48,569 bases of DNA, taken from a virus (lineage: Duplodnaviria > Heunggongvirae > Uroviricota > Caudoviricetes). Where the stretch lies: positions 66,042-114,610 of the IMG/VR virus record IMGVR_UViG_3300029305_004380. One strand, given 5' to 3'. Within the stretch, counting starts at the first letter, position 1. The number at the start of each line of letters is the position of its first letter. Positions 28,102-37,666 of the stretch are shown in pieces. A program made the position numbers and the translations under genes. Below the pieces are notes generated by a model. It was not told the origin of the DNA. It saw nothing but the letters and a program-made list of their open reading frames with translations, and ran no database searches.

Positions 28102-29568
28102 TTAATTATCTTCTAAAATGGTTAAACAATTAACTATATATTTTTCTGCATTTTTAACTGCACGTTCAAATGAATCAAATGATTCAGAACCATAGTCTTT
28201 TTCACCATTTTTAATTTTTTCTAAAATTGCTAAAGCATTTCCATATTCGTTTAATGAATTACTATATTCTTTATAAGCTCTTGAACCTTTATTAAAATTA
28301 CGGTCTCTGCCATAATCTTTCACACCAGGTGTTGGAATAATATCATCACTAGCCATGAAATCTTTGAGTTTAGTTCTAACGTCAGATAATACAACGAATA
28401 AATCATTTAATCTATTAGCATATTCTCCATGTTTATTTTGAGCTAAAAGTCTTTTATATTTATTAGGGTCAACAATATATCCAGACTTATCACGCGTATC
28501 ATTGCCCCAATAAGAATATTCATCCGAACCTCTATCAATAGAACCATCTTTAGCAATAGCTCTATCTTGTTGTTTTTGTCTCACATCTATAATAGATTTT
28601 TCATAACCAACAGTATGAGCATATTCTTTAACATATGGAGCTAAAGCTCTTAAACTCATAGAATCAATACGTCTATTTCGTCCATTTATTGTAATTGTTT
28701 CATGATTACCAATATATGCAGATGGGAAATAAACTATATAATCACCATTGTGTTCGTCACCAGATGCATCAATTAATAATGCAATATATTCGTCATCACC
28801 TATATTATCTAATTTACCTTTTTCTGGAAATGGTTCGACGGTCCACTTCATTGTATCAAAAGGCATGGTGTAATTTAAATCTTTATGGTAACCAAAACCC
28901 TTTTTATTATTGTTCATTTTAATAGCTCTCATTAACCAGTTTGGCATACTTGGGTCAAAATCTTCTTTTAAAACTGCATTTTCTAAATCTAAATTATATT
29001 CAGGGCTATCACTTTGTTTTGTTTTTCTTTTACCTGTTAAGTTATAAATAAAGTTTTTAGATAATAAAGCTTGTTCCAAATCAGCTTTAGATGTATTCGC
29101 TATTTCTAAAATAGTTGCTTTAAGATTTTCTAAATCCAGGTCTCCAGGTCTTAAAGAATTATCAGATATTAGGCGTTGTTCATAATTTTTTAAATATCTA
29201 TCTATTTCAAAATAATATCCCACATCATTAAATTTAATTGATTCATCTATAAGATTTACATATACATTATATAAAGGTATTCCTACACCTTCTCGTGTAA
29301 CTTGGTCATTAGTTAAATCACGATTATTACCATATGCACGAAATGCATTTTTAGTTTTTTCAAAACTTCTAAACGCGCCGTATATAGTAAGTCTTAGTTT
29401 ATATTCATTTGTTTCTATTTTACCTGGATGAAGAATAAAATTAGCTTTCATAGAATTATTTTTATTAAGTGCAATTTTAAGTTTATTATATTCTGAAACA
29501 GATAAAACATCTCTTTCATGCAGCATTTTTGTATTAGCTGCATTTTGTAAGTTTTCAAATAAATTCAT
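28102..29568 (-). CDS. Hypothetical protein with MNLFENL leader (putative internal head protein)
   Basis: 488 aa with an AAGGAG RBS; the N-terminus is shared with two other ORFs. Confidence 0.65.
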   Translation of the reverse strand: MNLFENLQNAANTKMLHERDVLSVSEYNKLKIALNKNNSMKANFILHPGKIETNEYKLRLTIYGAFRSFEKTKNAFRAYGNNRDLTNDQVTREGVGIPLYNVYVNLIDESIKFNDVGYYFEIDRYLKNYEQRLISDNSLRPGDLDLENLKATILEIANTSKADLEQALLSKNFIYNLTGKRKTKQSDSPEYNLDLENAVLKEDFDPSMPNWLMRAIKMNNNKKGFGYHKDLNYTMPFDTMKWTVEPFPEKGKLDNIGDDEYIALLIDASGDEHNGDYIVYFPSAYIGNHETITINGRNRRIDSMSLRALAPYVKEYAHTVGYEKSIIDVRQKQQDRAIAKDGSIDRGSDEYSYWGNDTRDKSGYIVDPNKYKRLLAQNKHGEYANRLNDLFVVLSDVRTKLKDFMASDDIIPTPGVKDYGRDRNFNKGSRAYKEYSNSLNEYGNALAILEKIKNGEKDYGSESFDSFERAVKNAEKYIVNCLTILEDN

Positions 29569-29585
29569 TACTATTCACTCCTTTA

Positions 29586-30167
29586 TTATTTTTTAAAATA
29601 AGTAAAATTTTTATTTAATGTTTGAGATAAATCTTTTTCTATATGCTCTTCAAGATTTTCATTTATAGCTTTAATATGGTTTGTTGATTCATCTGGTTGA
29701 TTATCTCCTTCAATATAATTATTATTGGTTTCACTATAATCTAGTTTCTCAGGTTCATTTATAAATATAGGAGCCAATTTACAAGCATATGCATCGGGAT
29801 ATTCAATTGCTTCAGATATTTCAGTTATTTCAAACCATTTACCTTGTTTATTTGAACCTATAGGATTTATTTTTAATCTAGCTTTACTTTGTATATAAGG
29901 AGTATCAATAGGCAAGTATGCAATATATGGTTTATTTTCTGAATCTTCACTTATCCAACCATAATTTTTAAGAGTTTTTATTTTAGGATTTGTTTCAAAC
30001 ATTATATCTAAATCAAAAATAGAAGAAAACTTAGGGAATATTTGACCGTGAATACTTATGTCTTCTATAACAGGATAAATATATTGCACCTTTATTCCTC
30101 TTAATTTTGTCATTTCTTTAAAAAATGTTTGAAACAACATAGAATCTTCATTAGTCAATAATCCCAT
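29586..30167 (-). CDS. Neck / head-closure protein (gp14-like)
   Basis: FQTFFKEMTKLRGIKVQYIYP...LKNYGW pattern, plus position. Confidence 0.55.
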   Translation of the reverse strand: MGLLTNEDSMLFQTFFKEMTKLRGIKVQYIYPVIEDISIHGQIFPKFSSIFDLDIMFETNPKIKTLKNYGWISEDSENKPYIAYLPIDTPYIQSKARLKINPIGSNKQGKWFEITEISEAIEYPDAYACKLAPIFINEPEKLDYSETNNNYIEGDNQPDESTNHIKAINENLEEHIEKDLSQTLNKNFTYFKK

Positions 30168-30200
30168 TTAGCTTTCCTCCTATTATATGATATCATTTTT

Positions 30201-31580
30201 TCAACCTTTCATTCTGGAATTAACATCATCCCATACCATTTGAGCAGCTGATAACAACGTGTCGCCTATATTAGATTTATCCATTTCATCTTTACATGCA
30301 ATTAAATCATTAGCTGATTTTGCAGCTTTAATCTTTTCAACTATTTCATTGAATTTTTTAACTTGATCTGCATTTTCATTCTTTATTTCTACCGATTCAT
30401 TCAATGCGCATTTACCTGTTACTTCAATTGTTTTAGATTCAACCATTGTTTTATATGAATATTTAAATTCTTCAAAAGATAAAACACCTTCTTTTAATGA
30501 GCAGGTAAACATAAACGGATGTTTAATAGATTCCTTAATCACTCCGAATGTATTTGATATATCTTTAAAATCCATCATAAATCGTTTATTTTCTAATTTA
30601 GTTGGATCAAATCCTCTATTTTGTAAAATTATAGTTTCTTTATTTCCAGATAAATCTTCAACATATCCTTTTAAAATAAGTTTTTTATTTTCATATAGAG
30701 CTTTGTTGATAACAACCTTATTTACATTTTTATAATTTTCTCTAACAAATTTAGTAATAAGTTTATTGATAGATCTATCATTAAGATTTATAGATTCACT
30801 AAATCCTCGAGGTGTTTTACCATTAGGAATTTCATATTTATATACCTTAAGTTCATCAGATATTTCTTCAGTATAATTTTTACCAGTCGAATCAATCAAT
30901 TTGTATGAATATTCATTATTTTTTCCTTTAATAGGATTCTTACTAACAATTTTAAATGCTTTTACTTTAGATGATGCAGAAGTTGAAAAATCATTGCGAA
31001 TATAATCTCCTGGTTTTAATGAACTAGCAGAAACTTTATTAGCTTTGGTTTTATCTAAATCAATATTTTTTGAACCAAATTTATCAAAAATTCCTTCATT
31101 CACTGATTTATTATTTTTATATTCTTCATATTTTTTACGAAGAATTTCTCTTTTATTTGCATCACAATCTCCTGTTTCACAATCTTTATTTTCATTAGCT
31201 AATACTCTTTTCTTAATATTGCTCTTTGCAGTTTCAACATCACTTGATTCTTTTTTGAAAGATAAAGATTCTTCTTTACCAGCATCTTGATCATCTTCAG
31301 TTGATTCATCATTACCAGCTGTTGCATCTTCTTCAGTATCTTCTAAATCAGCATCTACATCTGTTTCATCTTCTTCTGAATCATCAAATTTAATACCTTC
31401 AGGTTCATCAGTATTAACGTTCATAACACCTACATTAACATTTACATCTGATGGATCTAAATCTTCAATTTCACCAGGCAATTCAATTGTTAAATTTAAA
31501 AGTGTTTCGTCATTTTCTTGTACTTTTTTTGAATCATTGTAAGTCATTAAATTTTCAAATAAATTCATTACGTTGGACAT
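30201..31580 (-). CDS. Hypothetical protein with (MSNV)MNLFENL leader (putative internal head protein)
   Basis: Acidic N-terminal region and a small SH3/KOW-like segment (SSLKPGDYI). Start refined to 31580. Confidence 0.65.
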   Translation of the reverse strand: MSNVMNLFENLMTYNDSKKVQENDETLLNLTIELPGEIEDLDPSDVNVNVGVMNVNTDEPEGIKFDDSEEDETDVDADLEDTEEDATAGNDESTEDDQDAGKEESLSFKKESSDVETAKSNIKKRVLANENKDCETGDCDANKREILRKKYEEYKNNKSVNEGIFDKFGSKNIDLDKTKANKVSASSLKPGDYIRNDFSTSASSKVKAFKIVSKNPIKGKNNEYSYKLIDSTGKNYTEEISDELKVYKYEIPNGKTPRGFSESINLNDRSINKLITKFVRENYKNVNKVVINKALYENKKLILKGYVEDLSGNKETIILQNRGFDPTKLENKRFMMDFKDISNTFGVIKESIKHPFMFTCSLKEGVLSFEEFKYSYKTMVESKTIEVTGKCALNESVEIKNENADQVKKFNEIVEKIKAAKSANDLIACKDEMDKSNIGDTLLSAAQMVWDDVNSRMKG

Positions 31581-31624
31581 AAGTATGTCTCCTTTCAAAT
31601 TATATTTGTTATATTTATATTTTA

Positions 31625-32323
31625 TTAAGAAATAGTATGCATTATATTTACGTTATTGTTTAATTCATCTCTTATTTGAGCTAATTCAGATTGAGCTTCT
31701 GCTAATAATTTATCTCCATCTAAACTATAAGTTGCAGAATTTAAAGTATATTTACTTCTAATTCTACCTTCTTGTTCTTTAGCATAAGCTACACTTAATC
31801 TTTTTAAATAAGAAATCCAATAAGGTGTATATATTTCTTCTACTTTATCAAAATCAGGAATATAACCTATAGTTATAGAAGATGGAATAGGATTTTGAGC
31901 GTATACATATAATACTTCATTTAATTTATCAAAATGAAAATCTAAATCACTACTGATAGTATTTTTCACTTGACTTATTAATAAGTTATATGTTATCTGA
32001 TCCATAGCTGCATTATTAATTCCATATTGTCCTTGTTGTTGATATATGAAAAGATTAGTGTCCATTCCTGTAATAGTAGTGCTATTATTTACATTTCTTA
32101 ATACATACTTCACATTAGCGACTTTTTTATCTGCTAAATTAATAGATGATGAATATCCTACAGTCATAGTGTGAATAGTTCTAATATAATTTTTTAATTC
32201 TTCAAATGCTATTTTTTCAACAATATATGGCAAATCCTCTTCAATAGATAATTGTAATATAGAACCACCTAATTGCAGTTTAACATATTTTACATAATCT
32301 GCAACCGTCCATCCTGTTTTCAT
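31625..32323 (-). CDS. Neck / head-tail adaptor (gp13-like)
   Basis: DYVKYVKLQLGG...EEDL; WISYLKRLSVAYAKEQEGRIRSKY...LDGDKLLAEA. Start refined to 32323. Confidence 0.78.
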   Translation of the reverse strand: MKTGWTVADYVKYVKLQLGGSILQLSIEEDLPYIVEKIAFEELKNYIRTIHTMTVGYSSSINLADKKVANVKYVLRNVNNSTTITGMDTNLFIYQQQGQYGINNAAMDQITYNLLISQVKNTISSDLDFHFDKLNEVLYVYAQNPIPSSITIGYIPDFDKVEEIYTPYWISYLKRLSVAYAKEQEGRIRSKYTLNSATYSLDGDKLLAEAQSELAQIRDELNNNVNIMHTIS

Positions 32324-32429
32324 ATATTCACCTCCCAAATTATTATCAAAACCACATTCTATTAAAATTTTTGTTTAATTAAATAAAAATATAAATAATT
32401 TATAAAAATAAATTTCTAGCAATATTCTG

Positions 32430-32630
32430 TTAATTCAGAACCATATTTGTTTCAATTACTTCAAAACCTTTAAATAATAATTCATAAATGAAATTATATG
32501 TATTATTATTAAATTCAAGATTATCTACTATTAATTCTAATGTTTCATTTGGTTTTAATGTATATTTTTTATTATTCATATCTTTTATAGATTTTTCTTT
32601 ATTAAACGTATTTATTATTTTTAAATTCAT
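32430..32630 (-). CDS. Small hypothetical protein
   Basis: MNLKIINTF... start at 32630, after GGAG (32641-44). Confidence 0.5.
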   Translation of the reverse strand: MNLKIINTFNKEKSIKDMNNKKYTLKPNETLELIVDNLEFNNNTYNFIYELLFKGFEVIETNMVLN

Positions 32631-32655
32631 ATGATTAAATCTCCATAAAAAATAA

Positions 32656-32704
32656 AAGAGAGTGAGAATGCTAAATACAATTAACATTATATTCTCACTC
32701 TCTT
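32656..32704. terminator. 14-bp inverted repeat with a 21-nt loop, terminator-like
   Basis: aagagagtgagaat (32656-69) and attctcactctctt (32691-704). Confidence 0.5.
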
Positions 32705-32736
32705 AAAGAGTCTAAATTAAAATATATTTAATTTTA

Positions 32737-33204
32737 TTATTCGCCGTAAGTTTCACCAACAACTTTTCCACCAATTTCAACTTTAAGTTCACCCTTGAAA
32801 GCTTCAGCTAATTTTTCATAGAATACAACTTCATCCTTAAAATCAGTTGTAAATGTCATTGAATCACCAATCCAAGCACCATTTTCATCAGCTGCATCAG
32901 CTGCACAAAGTGTAATCTTTTTATTCATTGTTCTATAAGCAGGAACATCTCTGTCTGTAACTTTAGATTTTGTGTATACAGCAACTACATAATCCTTACC
33001 ACCTGCAGTCTTAGTCTTAAATGAACCATCTTCATTAAAAAGATAATCAAATTTAACACAAGGCTTATCTTTAATATCGGCATAAAGCATTTCTACTTTC
33101 TTTACTGGAGAACCAGCGTCACATGCTTTGTAAGCATCTTTATTAATAATATTTGTAATTTTAATTTCAGTAGCATCATTATAAACATAATTTTTTACTG
33201 CCAT
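32737..33204 (-). CDS. Hypothetical protein directly after the major capsid gene (possible decoration protein)
   Basis: Start refined to MAVKNY after GAAAGGA. Codon style resembles the capsid gene. Function is inferred from position only. Confidence 0.55.
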   Translation of the reverse strand: MAVKNYVYNDATEIKITNIINKDAYKACDAGSPVKKVEMLYADIKDKPCVKFDYLFNEDGSFKTKTAGGKDYVVAVYTKSKVTDRDVPAYRTMNKKITLCAADAADENGAWIGDSMTFTTDFKDEVVFYEKLAEAFKGELKVEIGGKVVGETYGE

Positions 33205-33230
33205 TATTATCAATCCTTTCATTATTTAAT

Positions 33231-33262
33231 TTGAAACAGGATAAATTAATATCCTGTTTCAA
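33231..33262 (-). terminator. Terminator after the major capsid gene
   Basis: ttgaaacaggata-6 nt-tatcctgtttcaa, a 13-bp stem. Confidence 0.7.
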
Positions 33263-33274
33263 TATAATCATTTA

Positions 33275-34732
33275 TTATTCAGGGATAATTGTACCCTTCT
33301 GATATAATTTACTATTGATTAAAGTAAATGCATAAGCAGTTGCAAATCCTTCACGATTTCTCATATCGCCTGTTTGAATCATACCCAAACTTGTGATTGG
33401 CATATACGGACAATAGAATGCACCAGCTTCAATAGCATTATTAGACTTAAATCCGAGGAATAAATCATATTCATCAAGTGCGGTTGTTTCATATAACTTA
33501 AGACCTGAAACTTCACCAACTAATCTTGAACCAGGAACCTGATTTGTATTAGCCTGTTTAAAGCCTGTAATGCATTCAATGTCAGCTGAAGCCTGTGTAC
33601 CAGCAACTACATAATTAGCTGAATACTTATTGCTTGCTTGACGAATCTTCTTAGAAGCTTTATTCAATTCAATTCTTAATCCATTGTAATGAGCATCAGG
33701 AGATACACCTACACCTGGAGTTTCTGACCAAGAAATAGGTCTTGATGCATCTGCACCAGCATGCAACTGAGTGATAATCTTATTATCAACTTCTCTCTGT
33801 AATTCGCCAATGATTTGAGTTTGAAGAATGTCTCTCATTGACATTTTTGTTTCTTTCATCAAATCATACTCAGCCATTGTAGACCATGTAGCATTCATTG
33901 GATATACTTCAGCAAATACTGGAATAGCACCAATTTCTACGTCAGCTGTAGGAATATTTGTAAATCCAGCTGATTCAGGATAATAATTTGTACCATCATC
34001 ACGAACAACTTCATTATCATACTTATACTGAGCAACTGCATCTCCTTCAAATTCAGCAGTCATTGTAAGTACACCTGCAGGTGTAATAGTACCAACTACA
34101 TCTGTTGAACCAGGAGCTGTCAATTGGCCGAAGTTATCAGCAATATAAGCCAATTTACCATCAACTAAAATGCTAAAAGTTGATAATTTAATAGGAACCC
34201 ATTTAAATCTATACTGCTTATTAGCATCAAGTGTAATCTTTTCACCATCAACCAAACTTGAAGCATAATGTGGATCATTATTAGGCATATTAAGTGAACT
34301 ATTAAATGTCTGACCAGCTTCTGTCTGACCTTTAGTTCTACCATAGTTGAAGTTGAAGTAACGAACAATGCCGTTTCTACCTTCAAGAGTATGTGTACCA
34401 ACTAATTCAGGAGCAATCAAGTTAGCTGTAACAGCATTAGTAATATCAAGAGCATATCTCTTATAAGCACCGAGTGCCATAGGATTAGTTGCTTCCATAT
34501 ACTTTAATCTGTCATTTGTATTTTCTAAACACTGAGCCAACATAAGTTTACGTTCATGTGAAAAACTAATAGGTGAACGTAATGATTCAAGCTTATTAGC
34601 TTTAATAGCTTTTTCAACTTCATCTTGCCCCATCAAACCACGATTAACAGCTTCTGTTAATTCTGAAATTTTAATTCTTGTAGCATATTTATTTAATAAC
34701 TGTGCTACCTTTTTGTTTTCTGTATAACTCAT
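33275..34732 (-). CDS. Major capsid protein (T4 gp23-like)
   Basis: ANLIAPELVG, ELQREVDNKII, ANYVVA, GAFYCPYMP and GFATAY motifs. Start refined to MSYTE at 34732. Confidence 0.9.
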   Translation of the reverse strand: MSYTENKKVAQLLNKYATRIKISELTEAVNRGLMGQDEVEKAIKANKLESLRSPISFSHERKLMLAQCLENTNDRLKYMEATNPMALGAYKRYALDITNAVTANLIAPELVGTHTLEGRNGIVRYFNFNYGRTKGQTEAGQTFNSSLNMPNNDPHYASSLVDGEKITLDANKQYRFKWVPIKLSTFSILVDGKLAYIADNFGQLTAPGSTDVVGTITPAGVLTMTAEFEGDAVAQYKYDNEVVRDDGTNYYPESAGFTNIPTADVEIGAIPVFAEVYPMNATWSTMAEYDLMKETKMSMRDILQTQIIGELQREVDNKIITQLHAGADASRPISWSETPGVGVSPDAHYNGLRIELNKASKKIRQASNKYSANYVVAGTQASADIECITGFKQANTNQVPGSRLVGEVSGLKLYETTALDEYDLFLGFKSNNAIEAGAFYCPYMPITSLGMIQTGDMRNREGFATAYAFTLINSKLYQKGTIIPE

Positions 34733-34752
34733 ATATAACAGTCCTTTCATAT

Positions 34753-36672
34753 TTAATTTTTATGGGTTAATAACATATTAAATGTTTCTAACTCACTACT
34801 TATATTATTATTAGAATTATTTGTTAATGCAATGTTTTCATTTACAATTTGTCTATTAGGCGTCAAATGAGAAAATGGTAAAGAATTAATTTTAGAATTA
34901 TTTTCAACTAATTCTTTAGCAATTTTATCTATATCATCTGTTGTATAAGATTCACCTAATAATCTTATTAAAGTACTTCTATTAAGATTATATTTCATGC
35001 ATACTGATGATATATACTTATCTAATGATTCGATATATTTTTTATTCAAGTTTTTATTTTTATTATTAAGTTGGCTAATCAATTTTTCTTGAGCAATAAC
35101 TCTTTTTTCATTATCACTTTTTAAATTTTCATTTTGCTGTTTTAATTGAATAACATTTTCATTTAATACTTTAACTTGATTATTTGCATCTTTATAAGTC
35201 TTAATATTTTCTTTTAATTGTTTATTTTCATTAACTAAAGATTTGTAATTTTCTGTAATAGCAATGTTGTTGCGTTTTAAAGTGTTTACACGTTTTTTTA
35301 ATGAATCATTTTCTTGCTTGATAGATAATGTGTTGCTGTTTAATTCTTCAAACATAGATAAGAAATTTTTATTTACTTCTTGTAATTTTTCATATTTAGA
35401 AGTAACTTGAGATAATTGTTCTTTTAATGATTCATTTTCTGAATTAATTTTATCATCCTTATCTTTTTCATTCTTTAACCACTCATGTGATTCTTTTATT
35501 GAATGTAAAGTTTCGGTTTTTACATGATATTTTGCTAATAAATTTCTTATAATAGCATTTTTTTGTTCTAATTGAGTTTTCAATTTATTTATTTTAGAAA
35601 CATTAATTTTATCTGATTCTTGAAGTTCAGCTAATATTTCTAAATTATTATCAGGTTGTCTATCAACTACTTCCGGCGTATCTTCATCAGAATTATCATT
35701 AGGTCCTGATATTTTTATTTTATTATTTTTATCTAATTTATCATTTTCTTCTTTAAGTTTATTAAATAAATTTGCAATATTTTCATTTTTTTTATCTAAC
35801 CAAGCTGATAAAAAGTCACAAAGTTGAATATCTTGAGCAGTTTTATTTTCTCTATTTTTTATTTTATCAACTATAGATGTTGCTAATGTTTTAACATTAT
35901 CATCTTCGTTATTTTCAGATAATTCTTTCTTTTTAATTTCTATTGATTCTCTAATTTCATCTAAATATAAATTAACACCTTTAGACATAGATTCAATAAA
36001 TAATACTTCATCAATAGATTTACATTTTTTAATTTCACCATTGATAGAATTTATAAGCACCTGTTTTTTAGGCGAAGTAGATTCAATTAAATCCATTCTT
36101 GCAGATTTAACAGCTGGAAATGCTACAACATCAAAACAATAAAATTGATAAGTTTCAGGATCTATTATTTTTTCACCGTTTAACATTACTTCTTCACCTA
36201 AACCTCTTGATGAAACCCCTAATTTACAACCTGCATCAAAATAAGTTTTTACAGTTCTACCAGGAATTGTATCTAAAATATCAAATTCGGTATAAACCTG
36301 TCCATTATTTTGAATTTCATACTTAGTTAGAACAACAGCACCTTCAGTTACAGAATAATCTAATCGTTCGGTTGGATGATCAGCTTCACCTATAAGAGTT
36401 CTGTTTTTCATACCTTCAATAAAATATTCTGATTTTTCTACATTTTGCCACAATTGTAAAGGATATCTTCTACCATTTCTTGTAGGTTCATTAGAATCAG
36501 CACCGATACCTCCAATTTTTCCAATAACACCTTTGTGTTTACTATTTTCTTTAATTTCATCAGAAATAGGATTGCCTTTAATAGATTTATCTACATCTTC
36601 TTGTTCTTCAGATATGTAATTTAGATTAGATTCAAAAAATGAATCATAAATATTTACATCTGTCATTTTCAC
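34753..36672 (-). CDS. Prohead protease (gp21-like) fused to a coiled-coil scaffold
   Basis: NEPTRNGRRYP, IGEADHP, LGVSSRGLG and FDVVAFPA motifs, followed by about 400 aa of coiled coil. Confidence 0.85.
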   Translation of the reverse strand: MKMTDVNIYDSFFESNLNYISEEQEDVDKSIKGNPISDEIKENSKHKGVIGKIGGIGADSNEPTRNGRRYPLQLWQNVEKSEYFIEGMKNRTLIGEADHPTERLDYSVTEGAVVLTKYEIQNNGQVYTEFDILDTIPGRTVKTYFDAGCKLGVSSRGLGEEVMLNGEKIIDPETYQFYCFDVVAFPAVKSARMDLIESTSPKKQVLINSINGEIKKCKSIDEVLFIESMSKGVNLYLDEIRESIEIKKKELSENNEDDNVKTLATSIVDKIKNRENKTAQDIQLCDFLSAWLDKKNENIANLFNKLKEENDKLDKNNKIKISGPNDNSDEDTPEVVDRQPDNNLEILAELQESDKINVSKINKLKTQLEQKNAIIRNLLAKYHVKTETLHSIKESHEWLKNEKDKDDKINSENESLKEQLSQVTSKYEKLQEVNKNFLSMFEELNSNTLSIKQENDSLKKRVNTLKRNNIAITENYKSLVNENKQLKENIKTYKDANNQVKVLNENVIQLKQQNENLKSDNEKRVIAQEKLISQLNNKNKNLNKKYIESLDKYISSVCMKYNLNRSTLIRLLGESYTTDDIDKIAKELVENNSKINSLPFSHLTPNRQIVNENIALTNNSNNNISSELETFNMLLTHKN

Positions 36673-36722
36673 TTTTAAATCACCTACTTTATCGTATAAT
36701 TATAATTTTATTTTAATAAAAA

Positions 36723-36754
36723 ATAAAAGCTTCTAAAAAATTAGAAGCTTTTAT
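36723..36754. terminator. Intrinsic terminator
   Basis: ataaaagcttctaa-4 nt-ttagaagcttttat, a 14-bp stem. Confidence 0.7.
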
Positions 36755-36773
36755 AATTATTTAATGAATTCAA

Positions 36774-37613
36774 TTAAACTATTGTAAACCCAAATCTTTC
36801 AAGTTGAGATTCATCAATTTCTTCATCAGCTAATTTTGCAAAGAATTTTGCATCTTTAATAGCTGATTCTTTGTCATTATATCCTTTGAAAGCCCATTGT
36901 GGTGCATCTGCTTCAGGATCGCCGTAATATATAGAAACCGTTGCACTTTCTGTACCAACTTCTTCATCAGATTGGCCTACTAAAATTGTAGCAAATTCTC
37001 CATCTACTATCATAGGTGAACTACCATCCGCAAAATCATGAACTCCACCCCAACCTGCATGATCTCTACTATCAAAAGGTCTCAATGTGGTGCTTTCAAC
37101 AACTTGTTCAATATCTTTTTCATCTTTAAGAATTGCAGATTCTATTTTAGTTTTCTTAAGAACTTCAATTTTATTCATGAGTTGTGGTGCAATTTTAGTA
37201 TATAAATACTTTTCAATTTCAAGTCCTATTTTTTCAACATTTCTTATTTGTTTTATCTTATCGTAATATTCTTTTAATTCATCAGATTCAGGAATATTAC
37301 AATCATCACCTAAACTAATTGTATCTCTTATTAACTTTTGAGGATATCTTTTTATTTCATTGCCGGCAACTTTTAATACTTTTAATGCTTGTTGTTTAGC
37401 ATTTCCATACTCATCGCTTTCATATGCACCGTAGATAATATAATAAATACGACTAGCTATTTTATTAGCTATAGCGGTTGAATTCTCATCAAATACTTTT
37501 TTAATTTCTTTTTCATATTGTTCTTCTTTTTTCTTTTTATTGCCAAATATACCTTCTGTTTTTACATTATTTGATTCTTTTATCATTTGTAAATTTTCAA
37601 ATAAATTCATCAT
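36774..37613 (-). CDS. Hypothetical protein with MNLFENL leader (putative internal head protein)
   Basis: 279 aa beginning MMNLFENLQMIKES; distinct C-terminal domain after VVES. Confidence 0.65.
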   Translation of the reverse strand: MMNLFENLQMIKESNNVKTEGIFGNKKKKEEQYEKEIKKVFDENSTAIANKIASRIYYIIYGAYESDEYGNAKQQALKVLKVAGNEIKRYPQKLIRDTISLGDDCNIPESDELKEYYDKIKQIRNVEKIGLEIEKYLYTKIAPQLMNKIEVLKKTKIESAILKDEKDIEQVVESTTLRPFDSRDHAGWGGVHDFADGSSPMIVDGEFATILVGQSDEEVGTESATVSIYYGDPEADAPQWAFKGYNDKESAIKDAKFFAKLADEEIDESQLERFGFTIV

Positions 37614-37666
37614 TTTAAATCACCTATCCTATAATTTTTATTTATTTAATTTAATATTTATCAATG

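Noticed and set aside
30830-31050. SSLKPGDYI motif resembling an intein/Hint block
   Set aside because: No N-terminal Cys/Ser splice block or C-terminal His-Asn is visible. It fits a small SH3/KOW-like domain better.
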